Assembly: GCF_963921235.1 (NCBI RefSeq)
Contig: NC_086097.1
Location: forward strand, 223,016,001-223,080,000
DNA: 64,000 nt
Source of the DNA: Mobula hypostoma
Taxonomy: Eukaryota
Direction of reading: 5' to 3'
Positions 38,475 through 51,897 of the stretch are shown one piece after another; positions within the stretch are counted from its first letter, which is position 1, and every line of letters begins with the position of its first letter. Made by a program: the position numbers and the translations under genes. The notes under the pieces were generated by a model. The model was not told the origin of the DNA, did no database searches, and saw only the letters and a list, made by a program, of their open reading frames with translations.

Positions 38475-40539
38475 CTTCTCCAAGTCCATGGAGGAGCATG
38501 TTGTTCACCTCCAGGACATTTTAAAGAGGATTCTAGACCATGAACTTTATGTCAAGCTGGAGAAGTCTGAATTTCACATGACAACCATTTCTTTTTTTAG
38601 GGTTTCATTATCTCCAATGGCAATCTCAGGATGGACCCTATCAAGACCCAGGCAGTCAGAGACTGGCTACAACCATCCCGTGTCAAACAACTCCAACGGT
38701 TCCTGGGGTTTGCAAACTTCTATCGGAAGCTTATCAGGAACTTCAGCTTGGTGGCAGCTCTGCTGATGGCACTAAGAAACCCACAGGCCGCTTTGTCTGG
38801 ACTACTGAAGCAGAGGCTGCTTTTGCAGAGTTTGAACAGTGGTTCACATCAGCTCCCATCTTGGTTTCTCTGAACCCAGAGCTTCCTTTCGTTGTGAAGG
38901 TGTACGCCTCAGACACCAGAGTGGGTGCAGTGTTGCGTCAACGGTCACCTTCGGACAGTAAACTGCATCCATGTACATTCTTCTCCAGACGGCTATCCCC
39001 ACCAGAGGGCCACTACAACTTCGGGAATTGGAAGCTACTCACAGTTAAATTGGCATTGGAGGAAATGCATCACTGGCTTGAAGGGGCCAAGAACCCTTTT
39101 TTTGTCTGAACAGACCACAAGACCCTGGCTTATATCCAGGAGGCCAAGAGATTGAATTCCAGGCAGGTCAGGTGGTCTCTTTTCTTTAACCATTTTAACT
39201 TTGTCCTGACCTATCAACTGCGGTCAAAGAATCAAAAACCAGGTGCCTTGTCTCATCAGTTCATCGAACCCGAAGGAGAGGAGCAGCCTACCACCGTTTT
39301 GCTCCAAGCTAAGGTGATGACGCCAATCCATCGTGGAATCGAAGAGCTCGTTCGCAAGGCCCAGGCACAAGGGGACACTCCTAAGGACGGTGGTCCGGAT
39401 CGACTGTTTGGCCAAACTCTGTCAGGTCACAGGTACTCCAGTGGTGACATTCATCAAGAATGGCTGCCCACGTAGGGACTGCCAGGACCCTCAGATTCAT
39501 CATGAGAAAGTACTGGTGACCCGGAATGGGAAAAGAGATTCAACAATATCTCTTGTAGGTCTTCACCAGGAACAAGGAGCCCAGTACTTGACCCCGAGGG
39601 CTCCTCCACCCCCTACCTATTCCAGACAGACCGTGGGTGCACAACTCCATGGACATTCTCACGGGCCTTCCGCCTTCCAAGGGGGAGACTGTCATCAGGG
39701 TAATTGTAAATCGACTTTCAAAGGCCTGCAAATTCATTGCCTTGGACAACCTACCATTTGTGGTGGAGACAGCCGAAATTGTCCTGGACCAGAAATTCAG
39801 AATCCATGGTTTTCTGGTGGACATACTCACGGATCATGGTCCACAATTTGCATCACCTTTCTGGAGGGCATTTTGTAAACTGATTTGGGCAACAGCAAGT
39901 CTCCCCTCTGGGTTTCACCCGCAATCCGACGGCCAGACAGAGCAGGTCCACCAAGATTTGGAACGAACCCCAAGAAACCTGGCCTCAGAAAGACCTGACA
40001 AGTGCTGTGACCACTTGATGTGGGCAGAGGTTACCCACAAGACCTTATAGCATTTGGTGCACAGGATGTCACCATTCAACTGCCAATTTGGGTATTCACT
40101 GGCAGTCGTCCCTGAGCAGGAGGCCAAGGTTGGCATTCCAGTGGCCAAAGATCTCATCCCGACACTGCAAGCAGAAATGAACTGGAGCAAGGGAGCTTTT
40201 GTTGGCCTCTCCCCGGAGGGCGGAAACCAAGGCCAATGGAAGAAGACAGGGACCCGCCTTGCAGCCTGGGCAACAGGTCTGGCTGTCCACACAGGATTTG
40301 TCTCTCCAGGTCGAGTCTAGAAAGTTGGCACACGTTTATTGGACCCTTCAAGGTCCTGAGGAAAGTAAACCCAGTGGCTTACACCTTGCAGATCCCCATG
40401 ATCCTGAAAATCAATCCCACCTACCACATTTCTAAATTAAAACCTGTCAGCACCAGCCCCTTGGCCCCACCAGCACCAAAAAGCTATCGGTTAACCTTTT
40501 ACAGAGCCTAATGGCCAAGAGTAAGAATGACCTCATATA

Positions 40540-40990
40540 GCGCTCTTTGGAGCAACGCAGTTATCTAAGTCTATTACTAAAAGTGCTCCTCTGTTCAGTC
40601 AAGGTGGCATGCAGAGGGTGAGAAACATTGCCCAGAATTGCCAAAGTTTTCTGTAGGGTCCTTTGTTTTACCACAGCCTCCAGCGTGTTCAGTTTGACTC
40701 CTACAACAGAGCCAGTCTTTCTAATTAGTTTATTTTGCCTGTTGGCATCACCCATATTGATACCATTGCCCTAACACAGCACTGCATAGAAGATTGTACT
40801 GGGGACAACAGACTGGTAGAACATGTGGAGGAGAGGCCTGCATACTCCAAAGGACCTTAGTTTCCTCAGGAAGTAAAAGTGATGCTGGCCCTTCTTGTAC
40901 ACGGCCTCTGAGTTGGTGCTCCTCTCAAGTCTGTCATCCAAGTGTACCTTCAGGTACATGTAGGTCCTCACCATCAACAGTAACAGGAAG
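40540..40990 (-). mobile_element. Rex1/Babar-like RT C-terminal fragment
   Basis: YKKGQHHFYFLRKLRSFGV and SHPLHATL motifs. Confidence 0.8.
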
Positions 40991-41039
40991 CAGTGCAGCC
41001 CTAGTCTTCCAAAAGTCCATCACCATCTCCTTTGGCTTC

Positions 41040-42500
41040 ATATCCCAGACCTCATGCTGAGGCACGTACATCAAGAGGTGAGTCACAGAGGCCGTAACCA
41101 CGTTATCCAGGCTGCACCAAAAACACCGGATTCTCAGTGTCTGTACAGCTATAGAAGAATGCTGTCTAAATGTGTTGTTTGTTTAATGGTTGCACGCAGC
41201 TTCAGGCAGATCTGCCTCTGGACAGAGTCTCTCCAGATGAACCTCAGTCTACACATGTAGGAGCAGACTACTTTGGACCTTTGGAGGTGAAGGGCAGAAG
41301 GAATGCAGTGAAGAGGTATTGGGCTATATTTACCTGTCTAGTTATACGTGTGGTTCACAATGAAGTGACATCTTCTTTAGACGCACATTCCTTTGTTAAT
41401 GCACTTTGACACTTTAAAGGAAGATGAGGACAGATTAGTGATCTGCGCCCTGATAATGTGGTAATGATATCATATCCGTTAAATAGGGGCCATGGACAAT
41501 TTCAATTTGATGGAGAATGGACGTGAAAGCACAGAGGAACATCTGGAGAAATTTCTGAAACGCCCGTTCGCTGCTGTCGTTACTGCGTGGTCTGGAATCT
41601 TTCGGAGGGTAGGCCTCAAAATACCCGGCCTTGCCTGCTTTTGGCAACCGAGAAAGAAGTCGAATCGCTCGGACAGAGATGGCACTCAGTACTCGGTGTC
41701 GGAGAGCTGATCAGAGCTCGAGTTTTCGGATGACTCAGAGTCGGATTGTGGTTGGCATGGCAGGGAGAGTTTTTCTTCCTTCTCCCGTCTGCGTGAGATG
41801 TGGGACATTTGAGAAACTTCGAACTTTACTGTGCTCACGGACTTCTTCATCAAGTTATGGAATTGTGCACTGTTGTAACTATATGTATAATTATGTGGTT
41901 TTGTCAGTTTTTTCAGTTCTGGTTTGTCCTGTGTTTTGTGATATCACACCAGAGGAAATAATGCATCATTTCTTAATGCCTGCATTACTAAATGACAATA
42001 AAAGGGGACTACTTGTCTTCATAATCTAAATCTAAACTTTGTTGGAGCTGAACGCGAGTTGAGAGAGGCCATTGAGAAGTGGAAACATTCACAGATCATT
42101 GATGCCCTTCTTCAAAAGGAAATTATGTGGATTTTTAACTCTCCGGCTGCTCCACATCATGGAGAAACATGGGAAAGATTGATCAGGTCTGTGCAAAACG
42201 TCCGCAATTCTACCACTAAGGTACAGAATTTTGATGAAGAAGGTTTCCAAATGGTCCTTTGTGAAGTAGAGGCTATTATCAATGGTGGTCTAATTACTAA
42301 AGCACCCTCCGATCCCAATGATTTTGAAGCACTAATACCCAACCGCATGCTGTTTCTGAAGCCATCACCATTCTTACCACCAGGAGAGTTCAATGGAAGC
42401 AAGTCCAATACATGTCAAACTTGTTTTGGGAACGATGGATCAACGAGTACCTGCCACAGTTACAGGAACATCAGAATGGTCAGGTATAAAGCGAAATTTC
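41040..42500 (+). mobile_element. BEL/Pao LTR retrotransposon integrase relic, interrupted at 41459-42034
   Basis: HQEVSHRG zinc-finger start; VGADYFGPL...KRYWAIFTCL; PDN|NFVGA; WIFNSPAAPHHGETWERLIRSV. Confidence 0.88.
41459..42034 (+). repeat. Non-coding CpG-rich interspersed repeat with Rex1-like tail, inserted in the BEL integrase
   Basis: Splits the DN(G)...NFVGA motif; ends AAATGACAATAAAA...AATCTAAATCTA. Confidence 0.6.
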
Positions 42501-42514
42501 CTCCCAGGAGACAT

Positions 42515-43245
42515 CGGGCTTCCAGTCCGGATGAAAAACATCTGGTCCAGATGGAGTACTTGGCCGAGTACTAAAGATCCGTACTGACCAGCTGGCTGGC
42601 GTGTTCACAAATATCATCAACCTCTCACTCCGACAGTGTGTGGTACCCATCTGCTTCAAGCAGGCTTCGATCCGTACCAGTGCCCAGGAAGAGCATGGTA
42701 ATCTGTCTAAATGACTATCACCCAGTGACACTTACATCCACAATGATGACGTGTTTCAAGAGGCTGGTGTTGAAGCATATCAGCTCCTGCCTGAATGGTG
42801 ACTTCAATCTGCTCTAATTTGCCTACCAAAACAACAGGTCTACCATCTCGTTGGCTCTTCACACAACTCTGGAACATCTGGACAGCAAAAACACATATAC
42901 CAGGATGTCCTTTATCGATTACGGCTCAGCATTTAACACCACCATCCTCTCTAAACTGATCAGTAAACTCCAAGACCTGAGCTTCAAAACTCTCTTGTGC
43001 AATTGAATCCTGCATTACCTTCACTTTGTAGACCCCAGTCTGTTCAGATTGGCCAAACCATCTCCTCCATGATCTCCATCAGGAGCACCACAGAGGTGTG
43101 CATTTAGCCCTCTGCTTTACTCACTTTACAGCAATGACTGTGTGGCTAGGTACAGCTCCAACACCATATACAAGTTTGCTGATGACACCTCTGTTGTGGG
43201 CTGTATCAAAGAGGGTGAAGAACCAGCGTACAGGAGAGGAATTAC
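42515..43245 (+). mobile_element. Decayed Rex1 RT fragment, followed by an antisense Rex1 3' piece (about 43250-43500)
   Basis: [23 protein letters not shown] and KFADD motifs. Confidence 0.8.
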
Positions 43246-43689
43246 CAGATAGATAAATAATGATGAGAATATGAGATGTGGAGTCCTTGAAAGTAAGTCT
43301 GTAGGCTATGGAATATTTTGGTATTGAGGTGATTAAAGTGAAGTTATCCACTTGATGGTTGAAGGGTAATAACTAAAGCTGGTGGTGTGGGACCTAAGGC
43401 CCCTGAATCTCTTTCCCTGTGGCAGCAGCGAGAAGAGAGAATGGCCTGGGTGGTGAGTTCCTTAGTGATGCATGCTGCTTTCTTGTGGAAAGAGCACATG
43501 AAATATTTACAAGAATAATGTAGGAACAGCACAATTTCTTTGCTCCTGAAGAAAGAGAAGAGGGGTTGATTTAATGGAAGACTTCTGAAATTATGTACAG
43601 TTCACCAAGAATAAGTGTAGATCCCAGAAAAATAAGACAAATCACCAAGACATCAAAGGCTGTGTTCAGAATGTCGAACTCTTTACACA

Positions 43690-46574
43690 CAGGGAATGGG
43701 AAGGGGAGTAGTACTGATATACTTTGGGGGAAAGTTGTATAATGCAATGAAGAAAATGCAATTAAAAGTAGATGAGGGAGGGAGAGAGAAAAACAGGTGA
43801 AGATGTCTCTGGGAGCTGAACGTCCAAGGATACACGATGTATCGGAAGGATAGGCAGGTAGGCAGAGGGGGTGGCATGGCTTTATTGGTAAGAAATGATA
43901 TTAAATCATTAGAAAGAGGTGATATCGGATCGGAAGGTGCAGAATCTTTATGGGTTGACCTAAGAAATTGCAGGGGTAAAAGGACCCTGATGGCAGTTAT
44001 ATACAGGCCTCCTAACAGCTGCAGTGATGTGGACTACAAATTACAACAGGAAATAGAAAAGGCTTGTCAGAAGGGCAGTGTTATGATAATTGTGGGGGAT
44101 TTTAACATGTGAGTGGATTGAGAAAATCAGGTCAGCACTGGATCTCAAGAGAGAGAATTTGTAGAATGTCTGCGAGATGGCTTTTTAGAACAGTTTGTTG
44201 TTGAGCCCACTAGGGGATCAGCTGTACTGGATTGGGTATTGTGTAATGAACCAGAGGTGATTAGAGAGATTGAGGTGAAGGAACCCTTAGGAGGCAGTGA
44301 TCATAACATGATTGAATTCACTGTGAAATTTGAGAAAGAGAAGCTGAAATCCGATGTGTCAGTATTTCAGTGGAGTAAAGGAAATTACAGTGGCAAGAGA
44401 GAGGGACTGGCCGAAGTTGACTGGAAAGGGACACTAGCAGGAAGGACGGCAGAGCAGCGCTGGCTGGAGTTTATGGGAGAAGTGAGGAAGGTGCAAGACA
44501 GATATATTCCGAAAAAGAAGACATTTTCCAATGGAAAAAGGATGCAACCGTGGCTGACAAGAGAAGTCAAAGCCAAAGTTAAAGCAAAGGAAAGAGCATA
44601 CAAGGAAGCAAAAATTAGTGGGAAGACAGAGGATTGGGAAGTTTTTAAAACCTTACAAAAGGAAACCAAGAAGGTCATTAAGAGGGAAATGATGAACTAT
44701 GAAAGGAAGCTAGCAAATAATATCAAAGAGGATACGAAAAGCTTTTTCAAGTATATACAGAGTAAAAGACAGGTGAAAGTAGATATAGGACTGACAGAAA
44801 ATGATGCTGGAGAAATTGTAATGGGAGATAAGGAGATGGCAGAGGAACTGAATGAGTATTTTGCATCAGTCTTCACTGAGGAAGACATTAGCAGTATACC
44901 GGACACTCAAGGGTGGCAGGGAAGAGAAGTGTGCGCAGTCACAATTACGACAGAGAAAGTACTCAGGAAGCTGAAGAGTCTAAGGGTAGATAAATCTCCC
45001 GGACCAGATGGAATGCACCCTCGTGTTCTGAGGGAAGTAGCTATGGAGATTGCAGAGGCATTAGCAATGATCTTTCAAAAATCAATAGATTCGGGCATGG
45101 TTCCGGAGGACTGGAAGATTGCAAATGTCACTTCGCTATTTAAGAAGGGGGCAAGGAAGCAAAGAGGAAATTATAGACCTGTTAGCTTGACATTGGTGGT
45201 TGGGAAGTTGTTGGAGTCGATTGTCAAGGATGAGGTTACAGAGTACCTGGAGGCATATGACAAGATAGGCAGAACTCAGCATGGTTTCCTCAAAGGAAAA
45301 TCCTGCCTGACAAACCTATTACAATTTTTTGAGAAAATTACAAGTAAGCTAGACAAGGGAGATGCACTGGATGTTGCGTATTTGGATTTTCAGAAGGCCT
45401 TTGACAAGGTGCCACACATGAGGCTGCTAAATAAGATAACAGCCCATGGAATTACGGGAAAGTTACATACGTGGATAGAGTGTTGGCTGATTGGCAGGAA
45501 ACAGAGAGTGGGAATAAAGGGATCCCATTCTGGGTGGCTGCCGGTTACCAGTGGTGTTCGACGGGGTCCATGTTGGGGCCGCTTCTTCTTACATTGTACA
45601 TCAACAATTCGGATTATGGAATAGATGGCTTTGTGGCTAAGTTTGCTGATGATACAAAGATAGGTGGAGGGGCCGGTAGTGCTGAGGAAACAGAGAGTCT
45701 GCAGAGAGACTTGGATAGATTGGGAGAATGGGCAAAGAAGTGGCAAATGAAATACAATGTTGGAAAGTGTATGGTTATGCACTTTGGTAGAGGAAATAAA
45801 CAGGCAGACTATTATTTAAATGGGGAGAGAATTCAAAGTTCTGAGATGCAACAGGACTTGGGAGTCCTCGTACAGGATACCCTTAAGGTTAACCTCCAGG
45901 TTGAGTCGGTGGTGAAGAAGGCGAATGCAATGTTAGCATACATTTCTAGAGGAATAGGTATAGGAGCAGGGATGTGATGTTGAGGCTCTAGAAGGCACTG
46001 GTAAGACCTCACTTGGAGTACTGTGGGCAGTTTTGGGCTCCTTATTTAAGAAAGGATGTGCTGACGTTGGAGAGGGTTCAGAGAAGATTCACTAGAATGA
46101 GTCAGGGAATGAGAGGGTTATGAATATGAGGAACATTTGACCAGTCTTGGACTGTACTCCTTGGAGTTTAGAAGAATGAGGGGGGACCTCATAGAAACAT
46201 TTTGCATATTGAAAGGCATGGACAGAGTGGATGTGGCAAAGTTGTTTCCCATGGTGGGGGAGTCTAGTACGAGAGGGCATGACTTAAGGATTGAAGGGCG
46301 CCCATTCAGAACAGAGATGCGAAGAAATTTTTTCAGCCAGAGGGTGGTGAATCTGTGGAATTTGTTGCCATGGGCGGCAGTGGAGGTCAAGTCATTGGGT
46401 GTATTTAAGGCAGAGATTGATAGGTATCTGAGTAGCCAGAGCATCAAAGGTTATGGTGAAAAGGCCGGGGAGTGGGACTAAATGGGAGAATGGATCAGCT
46501 CATGATAAAATGGTGGAGCAGACTCGATGGAACGATTGGCCGACTTCTGCTCCTTTGTCTTATGGTCTTATGGT
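43690..46574 (+). mobile_element. Near-complete CR1 ORF2 (APE endonuclease + RT) with a few stops and frameshifts
   Basis: YRPP, GDFN and SDHN (EN); 461-aa ORF 44239-45624 with KSPGPDG, NYRPVSL and YLDFQKAFDKV; KFADD; CTTATGGT tail. 5' boundary approximate. Confidence 0.95.
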
Positions 46575-47098
46575 ACAAAAGTAGTGACTATAGACTACCT
46601 GGGCCAAGTAATGTAATTCATTGACATATATTCTCTGTAATGGCATTTTGAGTAAAAATAAGAAGTTACTTAAAATAAAGGAAAGAACAGGTAGAGAAGA
46701 GTATGACAAGGGAGCAGGAATATGATGTTAAATTACAGTGTATCAACTATGATCATATTTAATGGTGGAGCAGGCTCAAGGGGTTAAATGACTTCTTTTC
46801 TATTCTTCTATGTTCTTTCTTTGACAGGCATGTTTCACTAATGCATGTCTGTTCTTCCCTGAAAGTATGGACTTCTGCTGCACCACATGTAGATGCCTTC
46901 TGTAACTGTTCCATATTTTTGGCCCTACACCCTTAAATTCCATTTGTCTGAGCATTGCTGGTACTCTAACATCTCAGTAATTTCTTTTCACATTGGGGAA
47001 AATAACTGAAAAAGAAAGGAAACAGGCCTCTGTGGGTGCAGATCCAAAACACAGCAGTCATAAGACAGGAGGAATTCCAATATCTATCAGCCCTTTGA

Positions 47099-48175
47099 TA
47101 AAGTGAAGCACAATAAGTTATTTGAAATATTACAGAAAACTCTAGATCTAGATTTGAAAGACCTCCGCCTAATCAGAAATCTGTACTGGGAACAAACTGC
47201 CTCTGTAAGAATAGATGGAGAAGTGAGTCAGTTTACGAAAATCAAGAGAGGTGTTAGACAAGGGTGTGTTTTCTCTCCTGATTTGTTTAATGTGTACAGT
47301 GAAACAATATTACAAAAAATAAGAGACATCTTGGGAATCAAAGTTGGTGGTGAAAACATCAATAATTTCAGATATGCGGATGACACTGTGTTAATTGCAA
47401 GTGCAGAGGAAGAACTATAAAACTTAATTGATATAATTGTTGAAGAAAGTGAAAAAATGGGTCTATCTATCAACTGCAAAAAGACAATGTATGGTGATAT
47501 CCAAAAAGAAGGAGAATCCTATCTGCAGGCTGAGAATAAATGGGGAAGACATAAAACAAGTACAGAACTTTTGCTACTTTGGAAGCTGGGTGACATCGGA
47601 CGGCAGGTGTGACTTGGACATCAAAAGAAGAATAGGGATGGCAAAAGTCACCTTTACGAGAATGAAGAGTATGCTGACCAATACTAAACTAGGCATGAAA
47701 CCCGCCTCAGAGTACTGAAATGTTACGTTTATCCAGTTATGTTATATGGCTCAGAATGCTGGACAATATCTAGTAACATAAGGAAACGAATTGTCGCAGC
47801 AGAGGTGTGGTTTTTGAGGAGGATGCAAAGAATATCATGGATGAAACGAATATCTAACGAGGATGTCATGAACAGAGCAAACACAAAAAGAGAAATAATG
47901 TATGAGATCATGAAAAGGCAATGTAACTTCATTGGGCATGTGATTAGGAAAGAGGAGTTAGGATGCATGGTAATTACAGGAAAGATTGAAGGGAAGAAAG
48001 TAAGAAGAAGACAAAGACAAATGATGATGGAGACAGCAGCCAGAGAACTGGAAATGAATACCAATGAATTGATCCACTTGACCCGAAACAGGAGTGTGTG
48101 GGCCATGGCAGTCAAAGCTCAAACTGGGCATGGCACCTGATGATGATGACAATGATGATGATGATGATGATGATG
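47099..48175 (+). mobile_element. 5'-truncated RTE-clade LINE with (GAT)n tail and 13-bp TSD
   Basis: GVRQGCVFSPDLFN, RYADD and LYGSECW; TSD ATCAGCCCTTTGA at 47086-47098 and 48176-48188. Confidence 0.93.
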
Positions 48176-48929
48176 ATCAGCCCTTTGACCATGAATGATT
48201 TAAAATTTTTAAGTAATGAATAAATAACAGCAATATACAATACAACCCAAGGGAAATAAAGAGTGAAAGAGGGAGTTTTTCCAACAGCTGGATATCAGGT
48301 ACATTGTTTCAAAAATATTTATATAAACATTTGTTTACATGCTACAAAAACAATGACATTGCCAGAAATTGTTCAACATGAATCAGAGATCAGAATTTTC
48401 CACCTTCTGAAAATAAACTAAGTTGAAAAGAAAACTAGGTGGATTTTCCATTACAGCATGTGTTGGGGTGTATATTGTACATGACAAAGCATGCTGTGCA
48501 AATGATATAACAATATGAAATTTTTAAATTGGTTCCAATGTACAAGAACTAAGAAAAGAGAAACAGAGTTACTGTCCAAAGCCTTTCATGAGACCTGGAG
48601 ATAGTTAATATAGAACTCTTTGTACAGAATGGTTTACAGTACTTTTAATGGAGGACAAGTTGGGGAATGCAAATGTCCAAATTTGGCAACATGTAAACAT
48701 TAGCTGGAGGTACAACAGAGATGAAGCATCGTTACTTTTTTTAAGCCTAGATAACTTAATGAGTCAGATCAAGCTAGATCTAGTCCATGCTCCAAGTTTG
48801 CAGTCACTGGACTCTGAATATCCTGCTGACCTCACTGTTGCAGCCATTCCATAACGTCAAATAAACGGCAAGTTTTAATTTAGGTTGCAGGAAGTGAAAA
48901 CTAAGCCTCAAACACAGTACCTGGATGCC

Positions 48930-50818
48930 AATGTAACAACTGGAGCTGAAGATGGATGTACTCAGAACGTCTGACAGGCTGAAAACCTCAGATGAAACTT
49001 TTACTGAGGTGATCACGCCCAGAGTGCAGGCTTCAGGCAGAAAATTGGTGACCTCCAGGAGAAGCAGGGGAGTAAGCCGTCAGTGCGGGGTTCTTCTGCA
49101 GCCATTCTCCTCAACAACAAGTACACTGCTGCGGGGCATGACATACCAGTGCTGGTGATGGCTCGAAGGGCTGAATGGCCTACTCCTGCACCTATTGTCT
49201 ATTGTCTATCAGGGCACAGCAGCAGCCAGGCCAGTGGCACGGTGGCCAGCACTGAAGCTCATCAGGGAAGGGTAAAGTCAGGCATAGTGATAGTGCTGGG
49301 GACTTGATATTTAGTGGGATGGAAAGGAGATTCTGGGACGCAGTAAGAAACACCAGGATGGTGGGCTGCCTCCCAGGTGCTAGGGTTCAGGATGTCTCAG
49401 AATGGCTGCAGAATATTCTCAACAGAGTGGGTGACCAGCCAGAGGTCATGGTGCACATTGGCTCCAATGACATGGGTAGAAAGGGGGAAGAGATCCGGCA
49501 CAGTGAGTTTAGGGAGTTAGGAAAGAGTCTGAAGAGCAGGACCTCCAAGGTAGTAATCTCTGGGTTACTCCCAGTGCTGTGTGCCAGTCAGGGCAGGAAC
49601 AGGATGATAGTGCAGATGAATGAGTGTCTGAGGAGCTGGTGCAAAGGACAGGGTCTCAGGTTCTTGGATCATTGGAACCTCTTCTGGGACAGGGGTGATC
49701 TGTACAAAAGGGACGAGCTGCACCTAAACTGGAGGGGAACCAATATCCTGGCCGGGAGGTTTGCTGGTGCTACTGGGGAAGCTTTAATCTAGTTTGGCGA
49801 GAGAGTGGGAGCCAGAACACCAGGTCAGAAAATGGAGGAATGGAGAGGAAAGTAGATGTCGGGGCCTGTAAAACGAGGCAGGAGAAAAGTAATAGATATG
49901 ATGGGAAGAATAGTTTGAAGTGGGTGTATTTTAATGCTAGGAGTATTATGGTAAAGGCGATGAAATTAGAGCATGGATCAGGACATGGAACTATGATGTT
50001 GTGGCCATTGCAGGACTTGGTTGAGAGAAGGGCAGGAATTGGTGCTCAATGTTCCAGGGTTTCAATGCTTTAGAAAAGAAAGGGAGGAAAAAGAGGGGAA
50101 ATGGTGAGTCGCACTGTTAATCAGGGACAATATCACATCTGCACTCGGAGGGACATATGGAGGGCTCATTCACTGAGTCTACATGGGTAGAACTCAAAAA
50201 TAGGAAGGGTACAATCACTCTGATGGGATTGTACTTTAGCCATCCCGGTAGCTGGGACATTGAGAAACAGATATGTAGGCAGATTAAGGAAAGGTGTAAA
50301 ATAATCCGGTTGTTGTCATAGGGGACTTCATCTTGCCTAATATAAATTGGAACCTTCTTAGTGCAAGAGGTTTAGATGGGGCAGAATTCATTAGGTGCAT
50401 CCAGGAGGGTTTCTTACATCAATATGTAGATAGTCCAACAAGAGGAGGGGCCGTACTGAACCTGGTGTTGGGTCTGAGCCTGGCCAGGTGACTGACCTTT
50501 CAGTGGGTGAACAGTTAGAGAACAGTGACCATAACTCCTTATGTTTTACGATATCTATAATAAAGATAAGCATAGACCATGCTGGTGTATTAAATTGGAG
50601 CAGGACAAATTACGAGAGCATTAGGCAGGAACTGGGGAGAGTTGATTAGAATAGCTGCTTTTGGGCAAGTCCACATCTGACAAGTAGAGAGTGTTTAAAG
50701 ACCAACTGCAGACAGCAGCGGACAGGTAAGTTCCAGTCAGAAGGAAGAACAAGGTAAGAGAATCTTGGATGTCAAAACAGTAATGAACTTAGTCAAGAAG
50801 AAAAATGAATAGTACTGT
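48930..50818 (+). mobile_element. CR1 5' part: ORF1 SGNH esterase domain and decayed ORF2 endonuclease; continues at 55222-55390 after the Sola2 insertion
   Basis: ORF 49304-49792 CLPGARVQD...VHIGSND...DELHLN; YFNARSI start of ORF2; a tiny CR1 tail is inserted at about 49150-49209. Confidence 0.85.
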
Positions 50819-51775
50819 ATGTGGGACATTCTATAATTGGTGATACATTTCACATAAACAAAAAGGTACAAAAGTAATGTGCTTTCTCGATAAAACAATC
50901 AGTGGTTTAAGTTAAAATATTCCTTCAGTGTAATATATCCACTAGTTGCAAAGCTTAAGCAATAACAACTTCTTTGATATTTTAAGGGAAAGGATATTTT
51001 TGCCAGTTTGTCTGTCAACTATGTTATGGACAAAACTGTACGCCATTACAGACTTTGACTAAATGCTTTACTTTAGGCAACATACATTTTTAGGAGTTCT
51101 TGTGTCTGTTCTGCCATATGTACAATGATTTTTAAGAAGTTTTTTAAGAATTTAATATTTTGCAGATATAAATGTGATACATTTGGCACTGTCATTAAGG
51201 TCAGGAGTATTTTTTTATATCATAAATCTGCCTTACAGGTCATTTTGATAGTTTTAAGAGATGTTATGCAAAACTCCAACCTGTGTGGATGTACAATATA
51301 CCTTGAGGGATATCAGAAGCAGCATTTTAGTTAGTTTAAATGTTAAAAAATCAGGTGTAACATAGTTGACAGTGAAAGTCACATAGTTGACACAAATAAC
51401 ATAGTTGACTGGACACAATTATTAACCATCAGCACAGCGTTTATTTCAAGGCAGAAGTGCCATTCAATTGAAATTTTCAATTCATAGATACAGAATTCAA
51501 TGATGATTAATTAAAAGAATACAGAACAGAGTACATATTCATTTACTTAAAACAAACACATAGTAGAGGAACAAGCTTTCATACAGTGTGAATAAAACAT
51601 TCCTATTGACCAGTAACTGGAGAAGGGTTCAAATAAGTGCTTTCAATTTACACACTTAATCAGAATTAAACGTTGACTAACAAAATTAATTTTAAAAAGT
51701 CGATATACTGTATTTTACATTGACATTTAGAAATTTGACAGACATGAGGCAAAAAACATGTAGTAGAGGAACAAG

Positions 51776-51897
51776 TCAGGCAGCATCTCTGGGAAGAGGT
51801 ACTGTACCTCTTCCTAGAGATGCTGCTTGGCCTGCTGCATTCACCAGCAACTTTGATGTGTGTAGCTTGAATTTCCAGCATCTGCAGAATTCCTGTT
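51776..51897. mobile_element. Penelope terminal-repeat fold-back insertion with 13-bp TSD
   Basis: TSD GTAGAGGAACAAG at 51763-51775 and 51898-51910; arms 51777-51802 and 51804-51829 around GTAC-T-GTAC. Confidence 0.88.

Larger units (their letters stand above)
34061..40480 (+). mobile_element. Decayed Ty3/Gypsy (sushi-like) internal region gag-PR-RT-RH-IN, 3'-truncated, with two nested inserts
   Basis: gag PERFNGDPGSCLGFFTQC; protease [36 protein letters not shown] and YLDDILIF; RNase [12 protein letters not shown]; integrase TDHGPQF, HPQSDGQTEQ and GPF motif. Many stops and frameshifts; no chromodomain or 3' LTR seen. Confidence 0.93.

Noticed and set aside
42515..43500. Twin-priming inversion of a Rex1
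   Set aside because: The convergent orientation does not fit twin priming and no TSD was found; probably two separate fragments.
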